DNA of 28,639 nt, taken from positions 1-28,639 of the IMG/VR virus record IMGVR_UViG_3300017914_001735; one strand, given 5' to 3'. The notes below the pieces were generated by a model. That model was not told where the DNA came from. It made no database searches and worked only from the letters and a program-made list of their open reading frames with translations. Position numbers and translations under genes: made by a program. Within the stretch, counting starts at the first letter, position 1. Every line of letters begins with the position of its first letter. This stretch comes from a virus (Duplodnaviria; Caudoviricetes). Below, piece after piece: positions 16,305 through 23,810 of this stretch.

Positions 16305-16496
16305 CTACACTGTGGCGTTCCGAACTCGGTCGCCTATTCTGTATAAGATGTCTTTGGCTTGATCGACCTTCATGTCGATCATGTGACGTTCGTAGTCCGA
16401 GCGGCACACACCGTCGTCCAACATGTCTTGAAGCCATCTATATTTGAAATACACGCGTCGTGCTCTCCGAGCACAGTTCTCTTTACTGAACATCAT
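16305..16496 (-). CDS. Hypothetical protein
   Basis: GGGAG RBS before the ATG at 16496/16493. Confidence 0.6.
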   Translation of the reverse strand: MMFSKENCARRARRVYFKYRWLQDMLDDGVCRSDYERHMIDMKVDQAKDILYRIGDRVRNATV

Positions 16497-16629
16497 CACG
16501 CTCCCAGTGCTGTGTTTCATGCTCGTCTGGAAATGGTTGGTGGCGCTCGACGCACCACCAATCCACTAGCATCCAGACTCCAACAACTGCTGTACAAATC
16601 AGCATGCTTTCCCAAGAGTCTAGGGCCAT
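16483..16629 (-). CDS. 48-aa single-TM protein (not in the ORF track)
   Basis: GGAGGT RBS; MALDSWESMLICTAVVGVWMLVDWW... Confidence 0.6.
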   Translation of the reverse strand: MALDSWESMLICTAVVGVWMLVDWWCVERHQPFPDEHETQHWERDDVQ

Positions 16630-16631
16630 GT

Positions 16632-16829
16632 TTATACCTCCATGCCACGCTTGAACTCTTCAACAGCGTTCAAGATACGGTTCTGGATATGAAGCAGGGC
16701 ACCTGCCTCACGTGTGTTGCCGAGTGCGATACGATTGGCGATCGCTGTGCCGACAAGACGAAGTGCACGCTCTGGTGGCATCTGATTGAGATGCTGTTCC
16801 CACTTTGCGATACGATCTAATGTAGCCAT
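16632..16829 (-). CDS. Hypothetical protein
   Basis: AAGGAG RBS before the ATG at 16829 (MATLDRIAKW...). Confidence 0.7.
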   Translation of the reverse strand: MATLDRIAKWEQHLNQMPPERALRLVGTAIANRIALGNTREAGALLHIQNRILNAVEEFKRGMEV

Positions 16830-16875
16830 GACATGTCTCCTTATCTGGCGAGTTGAAAGATAGATGCTCTTGAGC

Positions 16876-17035
16876 CGTTGTCGCCCTCGCGGGCAGTCGG
16901 TAGGTCCTGACCCCTTTGCGTCGTAGTGGGCAAGAGACTTATCTCCCCACGTGACCTGCACACGCCTTCCGATCCCATAGCTTTCATCTCTGTGCAGTGA
17001 GCCTACTCGCGGTTTATCCGGGATATTCATCAACG
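16876..17035 (-). ncRNA. Candidate pseudoknotted structured RNA
   Basis: Closing stem, nested multiloop, GNRA hairpin and a crossing 5-bp pairing. Confidence 0.45.
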
Positions 17036-17038
17036 ATC

Positions 17039-17063
17039 GGCGATCGACGCGCGAAGCGCGGCG
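17039..17063 (+). repeat. GNA-triloop hairpin repeat, copy 2
   Basis: GGCGAT-CGACGCGC-GAA-GCGCGGCG. Confidence 0.85.
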
Positions 17064-17123
17064 GGCCTGTTGTAATAAGCAGTAGTTATAAAAGCTGGCA
17101 CTGATATAACTAAAAGTTAAGAG

Positions 17124-17375
17124 ATCTGGTACAATGTACCAGATGTGTACCAGATGTATTTGGCAATAATCTGAACTACATCAACAAGTTAGGTAGTTTG
17201 TACCAGTTGTACCAGATCTTTTGCCCCTTATCCCCGTGTAAAAAACACTCGCTACTAGTGCGAGGCATCTCCTATAGCGAAGAACGTAAAATGCTGGGAT
17301 CTGGTACTTTTAGGGGTATTCCCAGTAACTACGGGGCGTAGAGCCTGGTACCACATCCGGTACCATCTGGTACCA
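17124..17375. repeat. Iteron-like cluster (TGTACCAGAT / ATCTGGTAC), putative replication origin
   Basis: Nine copies in direct and inverted orientation around a near-IHF site. Confidence 0.65.
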
Positions 17376-17520
17376 ATCGGTTGTCAGTGCAGCAACGACG
17401 CGGCGTTCAGCGATCCCAGTTCAACGAACAAGGTTTACAATTGTGTCAACTTGCCCGGTCCACCGGTCTAAGTTCGTTGATCGTCGATCGGTGGCCGAGG
17501 ACGGCCACCGATGATCGTAG

Positions 17521-17775
17521 TTAGGATTGAGAGGAGGAGTGTTTGAATTTCTGATAGAACTCGGGATGGTGCTTTCTGTGATGTCTGGCCCCTGCCGATA
17601 TGATACCGGATGTAAACCACTCACCTTGTTCTTTAACGTCGAACTCGACCGATGGGATAGCAGACTTGATAGTGTCCACTGATGGGAGTTTTTCCTTAGC
17701 CTTGAGATAGCCAAAATAGGTAGTACCAGCAGCAAGACCAGCGTAGAAAGACAGAGCGTTTAGATTGATGTGCAT
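17521..17775 (-). CDS. First early gene, N-terminal hydrophobic segment
   Basis: AAAGGAG RBS; LSFYAGLAAGTTYFGYL. Confidence 0.7.
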   Translation of the reverse strand: MHINLNALSFYAGLAAGTTYFGYLKAKEKLPSVDTIKSAIPSVEFDVKEQGEWFTSGIISAGARHHRKHHPEFYQKFKHSSSQS

Positions 17776-17806
17776 AATAAGTCTCCTTTGTTAAGACATA
17801 ATGTAC

Positions 17807-17831
17807 GGCGATCGACGAGCGCAGCGAGGCG
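17807..17831 (+). repeat. GNA-triloop hairpin repeat, copy 3
   Basis: GGCGAT-CGACGAGC-GCA-GCGAGGCG. Confidence 0.8.
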
Positions 17832-18000
17832 TGGGATCTAGAAAAAAAGTTGGAGTAGGTTCATAAAACGAAATCGGGGAAGGCACGAAAAGCGGAATCG
17901 GAATCGGGGTAGGGTTTTGTGGGAGCAACTACAAAAAGGGGCACACGACTTTTCTCCAAAATTTTTTTCAAATTTTTTTCTGGTAACTTTTGTGGCAGAA

Positions 18001-18017
18001 TATAAGCTGTGCTAATA
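18001..18017 (+). promoter_or_regulatory. 17-bp operator TATAAG-CTGTG-CTAATA abutting the terS RBS
   Basis: Motif family member, followed by GGAG and the ATG at 18026. Confidence 0.7.
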
Positions 18018-18025
18018 GGAGCAGT

Positions 18026-18514
18026 ATGGATTCGACAACACTAGGCGTCGTCGCGCAGTCTGTTTACAGCACCAAGGGCCTGAAAAACCTGAGCCGCCAG
18101 AAGGAAATGTACTGTTTCCATTTGGCGAGCGGTGCTAGTCCTGAAGTGGCTGGCAAAGCTGTAGGGGCGACCGAAAAAGAATTAGCCGAGTGGCAACAAG
18201 ATAAAGACATCAAAGCCTTACTGGCTGGGATAGAAGACAACCAGAAGCGCGGTATGACCTTCACCCGAGAAAAGCTCTCCTTGATGTTACTTGAAAGTTA
18301 CTACAAAGCTGGCACGGCCACTGAAGAGATCGCCGCAGTTAGAGAGATCGGCAAACTTCAGGGCCTGTACTCCCCTGAGATTCAGGAAGTCACCGTGAAC
18401 GTCAACAACGTAAAGCAACTGGAGACTATGACTGCAGAAGAGCTAGCAAAGTTGGCGGGTCTTGATAACCCATCTGTCATCGAGGGCGATTTCAAAGAGG
18501 TTAGTAATGGTTGA
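18026..18514 (+). CDS. terS: Terminase small subunit
   Basis: HTH-like LSRQKEMYC...AGKAVG; AVREIGKLQGLY; upstream of terL. Confidence 0.8.
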   Translation: MDSTTLGVVAQSVYSTKGLKNLSRQKEMYCFHLASGASPEVAGKAVGATEKELAEWQQDKDIKALLAGIEDNQKRGMTFTREKLSLMLLESYYKAGTATEEIAAVREIGKLQGLYSPEIQEVTVNVNNVKQLETMTAEELAKLAGLDNPSVIEGDFKEVSNG

Positions 18515-18593
18515 TAGCAATCTGATTCTCTCATGGAGCCTCGCTTTTATGGCGGCGCTCGCGTTTGTGTTGCTTTGTTATTATGACAACTGA
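18507..18593 (+). CDS. 28-aa hydrophobic peptide between terS and terL (not in the ORF track)
   Basis: GAGGT RBS; MVDSNLILSWSLAFMAALAFVLLCYYDN; overlaps both neighbours. Confidence 0.55.
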   Translation: MVDSNLILSWSLAFMAALAFVLLCYYDN

Positions 18594-20085
18594 ATTCGAC
18601 GCTGCCGCCGCAGCCAAAGCAGAGCTCGCCCGACGCGTCATGGCGCAACGGCATCTGTTGTCTTTCGTTCAAGCGTTCAACTCAAACTATTTAGCAGGCT
18701 GGGTACACAAGGATATTTGCCAGCGGCTAGAAAGATTTAGCCAAGATGTTGCTGACGGGAAGTCACCACGTCTCATGCTGTTCATGCCGCCTCGACATGG
18801 AAAGTCCGAGCTCGCATCACGTTGTTTTCCAGCGTGGCACCTTGGGATCAACCCGCATCACGAAGTGATCGCGTGTTCGTATTCAGGGTCACTGGCTATG
18901 GGGTTCTCTCGTAAAGTGCGGTCCACCATTCGTGATCCGTTCTACAACAAGGTGTTCCCTGAATGTCATCTCGATCCAGAATCTCAAAGCGCAGAAGCAT
19001 GGCTCACAACAGAAGGCGGCGGTTACACAGCAGCCGGTGTCGGTGGACCTATTACGGGAAAGGGCGCCCACATTCTGGTGATCGACGACCCAGTGAAGAA
19101 CAGGGAAGAAGCGGAGTCGGAGACGACCCGTCAGTCGATTAAAGATTGGTATACGTCAACCGCGTACACTCGATTAGCCCCAGGTGGCGGTGTTTTGGTG
19201 ATCTTGACTCGCTGGCATGACGACGATCTAGCAGGCTGGTTATTGGGCGAGCAGGAAACAGGCGGTGATGAATGGGAAGTGATTAAGTACCCAGCGATCG
19301 CCGATCAAGATGAACAGTATCGTAAAGCAGGGGACGCTTTACACCCCGACAGATATCCGATTGACGCGCTTGCGCGAATCAAACGTGCAATTGGATCACG
19401 TGATTGGTCAGCTCTGTATCAGCAGGATCCAGTCGCTGATGAAGGCGCGTACTTCCAGAGATCAATGATCAGGTACTACAACCCGCACGAAGTGAACCGC
19501 GACGAAATGACGGTCTACGCGGCGTGGGATTTGGCGATTGGTAAGAAAGAGCGTAACGACTTCTCTGTTGGCGTAGTCGCAGGGATCGATACTAACGACA
19601 ACATGTACATCCTGCACGTAGAGCGAGGTAAGTGGGATGGTGGCGAGTTGGTCGAACACATCCTCGATACGTACACCGCTTACGAACCATCGATTACTGG
19701 TATTGAACGTGGCCACATCGAGATGGCGCTCGGCCCATTCCTTGATAAACGGATCAAGGAGCGCGGCCTGTATCAGATGTACATCAAAGATTTGAAAACC
19801 GGTCGAAGAGACAAAGAAGCACGTGCCCGCGCGATCCAAGGTCGTATGCAACAGGGCATGGTGTTTTTCCCGACTGGTACCGAGTGGACGGATTCACTCG
19901 TCAACGAGCTTTTACGTTTCCCGAACGGGGTTCACGACGATCAGGTCGATGCTTTGGCATGGCTTGGTCAAATGATGGCCGAGTTTCATACATGGCGCGA
20001 AAGAGCAGAAGCACCCGCACCGAGTTGGCGCGACAAGCTTCCCGGCCTCATGCGAAACAGCCACAAATCAGCGATGAGCGCTTGA
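18583..20085 (+). CDS. terL: Terminase large subunit
   Basis: MPPRHGKS, VIDDP, TRWHDDD, AWDLA, HDDQVDA. Confidence 0.97.
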   Translation: MTTEFDAAAAAKAELARRVMAQRHLLSFVQAFNSNYLAGWVHKDICQRLERFSQDVADGKSPRLMLFMPPRHGKSELASRCFPAWHLGINPHHEVIACSYSGSLAMGFSRKVRSTIRDPFYNKVFPECHLDPESQSAEAWLTTEGGGYTAAGVGGPITGKGAHILVIDDPVKNREEAESETTRQSIKDWYTSTAYTRLAPGGGVLVILTRWHDDDLAGWLLGEQETGGDEWEVIKYPAIADQDEQYRKAGDALHPDRYPIDALARIKRAIGSRDWSALYQQDPVADEGAYFQRSMIRYYNPHEVNRDEMTVYAAWDLAIGKKERNDFSVGVVAGIDTNDNMYILHVERGKWDGGELVEHILDTYTAYEPSITGIERGHIEMALGPFLDKRIKERGLYQMYIKDLKTGRRDKEARARAIQGRMQQGMVFFPTGTEWTDSLVNELLRFPNGVHDDQVDALAWLGQMMAEFHTWRERAEAPAPSWRDKLPGLMRNSHKSAMSA

Positions 20086-20094
20086 GGATGATGT

Positions 20095-20298
20095 ATGGGC
20101 ATATTAGTAGGTTTTAGTTTGGTCGTAGTGATTCACGTTCCCAACTCCGCGTATCTAGCAGCGACTAGGCCGCCAGTGAACTTCGAAACACTTGAAGAGT
20201 GCATGGAGCAGGCAAAAGAAATCATGTCTGACTTTACGTCACGCGAAATGGCGTTGTGCTCTCCAGCGTACAGAAAAGTGGATGCTGAAGGAGCGTAA
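20095..20298 (+). CDS. Small hypothetical protein
   Basis: Hydrophobic N-terminus; FETLEEC...C. Confidence 0.55.
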   Translation: MGILVGFSLVVVIHVPNSAYLAATRPPVNFETLEECMEQAKEIMSDFTSREMALCSPAYRKVDAEGA

Positions 20299-20299
20299 T

Positions 20300-20530
20300 G
20301 TGAAAGAAGTAGACTCGCTGAACGCAGAACAGCTTAAACAATGCAGTCTCTGTGATTGTAAAGTCGATTACGAAGCGGAAGGCGGTCTACGCGGCTATAT
20401 AGGAATTTTACCTGTTGGTTTTTGCCCCACGTGTTTGAGTGGTTTAGCCGACATGTTTGAACAGTTAATTGAACTCGAACAAGAGTGGGCGCAGGAGATG
20501 GAGAAAGATGGCAAAGTCAAAAACGGATGA
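20300..20530 (+). CDS. Small zinc-finger protein
   Basis: AAGGAG RBS before GTG; CSLC...CPTC. Confidence 0.65.
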   Translation: MKEVDSLNAEQLKQCSLCDCKVDYEAEGGLRGYIGILPVGFCPTCLSGLADMFEQLIELEQEWAQEMEKDGKVKNG

Positions 20531-22592
20531 CATAACTGTAGCGGACAATCAGTGGAACCGGTACACCCGCGCCCGTGATTCAGGCCACTTAGACTACTGC
20601 GATATGGCGAAACGTTGTGATGCCTATTATCGTGGTGACCAGTGGGACGAGATGGACGTCGCTCGGTTGGACGCCGAAGGTCGTCCAGCGTTAACGATCA
20701 ACACGATCCTTGCGACGGTTAACACAGTTCTTGGTCACCAAGCGTCAAGTCGCGCAGACATTGTGTTCAAGCCACGTCGTAACGCCGATCAAGGTCTCGC
20801 TGACACGATGAGTAAAGTGTTCAAGCACATTATGGATAACAATGACTATGAGTTTGTCGAGTCACAGGTGTTCTCTGATGGTGTGATTCAGGATCGTGGG
20901 TACTTCGATGTGCGCATCGACTACGACGATCACATGAACGGTGAGATCCGCATTGAAGCAGAAGACCCGCTAGATATTCTTCCTGACCCAGACGCAAAGG
21001 ACTACGATCCACGAACATGGCAAGAAGTATTTAAAACGCGCTGGATGGCGTTGGATGAGGTAGAAGAATTATATGGAAAAGATAAAGCGGACTCGTTGCG
21101 GTACATTGCGGAAAGTGGAGCTCACTATGGCAGGGACTCGTTCGAATTCCGCGAGACCACGCAAGGATTTGGCGATACAGACCTCTCCAACTGGCGTACA
21201 GACGACACCGATTCAGGAGACGAAGGGGCTGCGGTCCGTGCGGTACGTGTCATCGAACGCCAGCATAGAAAACTTGTTAACACGCCGTTTTTCCTACGCC
21301 CTGCAACCGGCGATATGCGCCAAGTGCCGGGAAACATGTCGGATGATGACGCTCGAACGTTTGCTGAAGCGAACGGACTTGTCATCACAAACAAAATTGT
21401 CCGCCGCATACGCTGGACGGTAACTGCAGACAAGGTCGTACTGCACGACGATTGGTCACCATACGCTGACTTTACGATCGTTCCTTACTTCCCATACTTC
21501 CGTCGCGGTAAGCCATTTGGCATCGTACGTAACCTGCTGTCTCCACAGGAGCAATTGAACAAGGTTGCGTCGCAAGAGCTACACATTGTCAATACAACAG
21601 CGAACTCTGGCTGGATTATTGAGAATGGATCGCTGGCCAACATGGATGAGGATGATCTCGTCGAACGTGGGGCAGAAACAGGGTTGGTACTCGTACACAA
21701 CCGTGGGTATGCCGCACCAGCGAAGATTCCACCAAATTCAATTCCTACAGGCCTCGAGCGTATTTCACTGAAAGCGCAGGGGCACATTAAAGAGATCTCC
21801 GGTATTTCTGATGCACTGCTTGGTACTGAGTCGGCCGAAGTGTCAGGCGTTGCGCTCGAACAGAAGCGATCGGCGGGCCAAGTGCAAATCCAGGTACCGA
21901 TGGAGAACCTACGACGTACACGACAAATCCTCGCGCGTCGTATCCTGGAGTTACTGCAAGCGTTCTACACAGAACCACGTATCTTGCAGATCACAGACGA
22001 GGACGATCCGATGAAGCCGCGCACAGAACTACCGGTAAACCAGATCGATCCACAGACTGGCGCGGTGATCAACGATCTAACCGTTGGTGAATACGACATT
22101 ATCGTAGGATCCGCACCAGCGAGGGATAACTTCAACGACATGCAGTTCGCGCAGGCACTCAGCCTACGTCAAGCAGGGGTGATGATCCCTGACGACATGA
22201 TCGTTGAATATTCGCATCTACATCGGAAAGGAGAGCTGTCGAAGCTCATCCGTCAGATGTCAGGACGCGAGAAGACACCTGAACAGCAACAAATGGCGCA
22301 AATGCAACAGCAGATGGTTATGCAGAATATGCAACTTGAGCTGGCGAAGCTTCAAGCAGAAGTACAGAAGCTCACCGCAGAAGCGCAACTCTCTGCAGCG
22401 AAAGCGCGGACAGAGGGCGTTGCTCCAGAAATGTCGCTCAAGAAGCTCGATACAGAACTTCAACAGCGTCAATCCGAACTTGCAACACGTGTACAACTCT
22501 CAGCGATGTCTCGGGAGCAGTCACAATCGCAAGCTGAACTTTCAGCGCAGACTAAAATTGTGCAGGAAGCAATGAAAAATAGACAAGCATAG
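20508..22592 (+). CDS. Portal protein (P22/N4-like, with a C-terminal helical barrel)
   Basis: YYRGDQW...GRPALTIN; GIVRNLLSPQEQLNK; Q-rich coiled-coil tail; position after terL. Confidence 0.93.
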   Translation: MAKSKTDDITVADNQWNRYTRARDSGHLDYCDMAKRCDAYYRGDQWDEMDVARLDAEGRPALTINTILATVNTVLGHQASSRADIVFKPRRNADQGLADTMSKVFKHIMDNNDYEFVESQVFSDGVIQDRGYFDVRIDYDDHMNGEIRIEAEDPLDILPDPDAKDYDPRTWQEVFKTRWMALDEVEELYGKDKADSLRYIAESGAHYGRDSFEFRETTQGFGDTDLSNWRTDDTDSGDEGAAVRAVRVIERQHRKLVNTPFFLRPATGDMRQVPGNMSDDDARTFAEANGLVITNKIVRRIRWTVTADKVVLHDDWSPYADFTIVPYFPYFRRGKPFGIVRNLLSPQEQLNKVASQELHIVNTTANSGWIIENGSLANMDEDDLVERGAETGLVLVHNRGYAAPAKIPPNSIPTGLERISLKAQGHIKEISGISDALLGTESAEVSGVALEQKRSAGQVQIQVPMENLRRTRQILARRILELLQAFYTEPRILQITDEDDPMKPRTELPVNQIDPQTGAVINDLTVGEYDIIVGSAPARDNFNDMQFAQALSLRQAGVMIPDDMIVEYSHLHRKGELSKLIRQMSGREKTPEQQQMAQMQQQMVMQNMQLELAKLQAEVQKLTAEAQLSAAKARTEGVAPEMSLKKLDTELQQRQSELATRVQLSAMSREQSQSQAELSAQTKIVQEAMKNRQA

Positions 22593-22601
22593 GAAATCTA
22601 T

Positions 22602-23636
22602 ATGAGTAATGCTGAGAAACAAGAGCTAGGCTGGACGCCAGCGACTTACAACGAGGATCTGGATGGACTCGATCGCGGGGATACGATTGGACTTGGGGAA
22701 TCTGAGGAGATTCAAGAGGCGGTTGCGGAAACGGATGACCAGCCAACAGCAGAAGCCGAACCTGAAACAGTGGAAGATGAGCCCGAAACTGCAGAGGCGG
22801 TGGAAGAATCGGATGAAACAGTGTCAGAAGAGGCAGAGGATTCCGTGGAATCTGATGAAGAACCGGCTCCAGAACCTGTTGCTGAAGAACAAACCGAGTC
22901 CAAAAAGCAGCATATGATTCCAAAAGACCGGCTTGACCAAGAATTGGCCAAGCGTCGGCAGCTTGAGAATAAGTTAAAAGAGCTTGAAGAGAGAACTAAC
23001 TCGGAAAAAGCCGAAACAAAGGTCGATTTTGACTTCGATGACGCTGAAACGAAGTATATGAACGCCGTTTTGGATGGAGAAACCGAAAAAGCGAAGCAAA
23101 TTCGCGCGGAAATCCGCCAAATGGAGCGACAACAGCTCCAAAATGAGCTTCAGGCGTCTATGCAACAGACCTCTCAGCAGACTCAGGCGCAAATTCGCCT
23201 TGAAGCGGCCGTTAAAGAGGTGGTTTCGGCCTACCCACAGCTCGATTTGAACGCCGCAGAGGCGGATCAGGACCTAATTAATGAGACAAATGAGCTCATG
23301 ACCGGGTTTATGAGCCAAGGTTACGACCCAGTCGACGCGTTAAGTAAGGCAGTTGGTTATACAACCAAGTCTTTAGGCGTAAATATGGACGTCGATCAGC
23401 CTGCAGTGATCCCAAATGCGGAAACGCGGGATCTATCCGCAGAAAAAAGCGCAAAACGCCGCCAAGAAAGCGCAGAAAAGCGCGAAAAAGCGCAAACCCA
23501 GCAGCCACCGAAGCTTTCTGGGGAGTCTCAGCGCTCTCGAGACGACAATGTCGTCGATATTTTCAAGATGTCCGATAAGGATTGGAACAACTTGAGCGAC
23601 GAACAATTACGTAAGTTGCGCGGTGATTTTGGCTGA
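22602..23636 (+). CDS. Capsid scaffolding protein
   Basis: Acidic disordered N-terminus, MIPKDRLD coiled coil, C-terminal LRKLRGD; between portal and MCP. Confidence 0.8.
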   Translation: MSNAEKQELGWTPATYNEDLDGLDRGDTIGLGESEEIQEAVAETDDQPTAEAEPETVEDEPETAEAVEESDETVSEEAEDSVESDEEPAPEPVAEEQTESKKQHMIPKDRLDQELAKRRQLENKLKELEERTNSEKAETKVDFDFDDAETKYMNAVLDGETEKAKQIRAEIRQMERQQLQNELQASMQQTSQQTQAQIRLEAAVKEVVSAYPQLDLNAAEADQDLINETNELMTGFMSQGYDPVDALSKAVGYTTKSLGVNMDVDQPAVIPNAETRDLSAEKSAKRRQESAEKREKAQTQQPPKLSGESQRSRDDNVVDIFKMSDKDWNNLSDEQLRKLRGDFG

Positions 23637-23641
23637 TCTAT

Positions 23642-23658
23642 AATAAGTACAGCTTATT
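23642..23658. promoter_or_regulatory. 17-bp operator AATAAG-TACAG-CTTATT upstream of the capsid leader
   Basis: Perfect palindrome; overlaps TATAAT at 23639-23644. Confidence 0.75.
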
Positions 23659-23659
23659 T

Positions 23660-23786
23660 CGTCTTTCGTAAACGATATTACGGACGTAGGGGGCAACGAA
23701 ACTGCCCCCGAGTTCACTCTCGTAAAAAAGCTGTTTTTTGTTCGTTGGACCACGATACGGCCAGAAGGTGGGCACTAGCCCGAACA
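23660..23786 (+). ncRNA. Structured 5' leader of the major capsid gene
   Basis: Three hairpins with loops ACGAUA, ACGAAAC and ACGAUAC. Confidence 0.6.
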
Positions 23787-23810
23787 TAACTTCTTTTTGA
23801 GGTAAGCATC

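Noticed and set aside
16956-17024. HDV-like ribozyme
   Set aside because: The pseudoknot order is similar, but the P1.1 pairing, pyrimidine-rich L3 and catalytic J4/2 motif are missing
16830-17033. N-terminal extension of ORF 16632..17033
   Set aside because: No RBS at 17033/17030, a strong AAGGAG before 16829, and the stretch is better explained as structured RNA
17421-17452. Sigma70 promoter from the minus-strand TTGACA near 17444-17449
   Set aside because: No acceptable -10 at 16-18 nt spacing
17487-17512. Intrinsic terminator ATCGGTGGCCG-AGGA-CGGCCACCGAT after gene 17775
   Set aside because: The 11-bp stem is real but has no U-tract on either strand; function left unassigned
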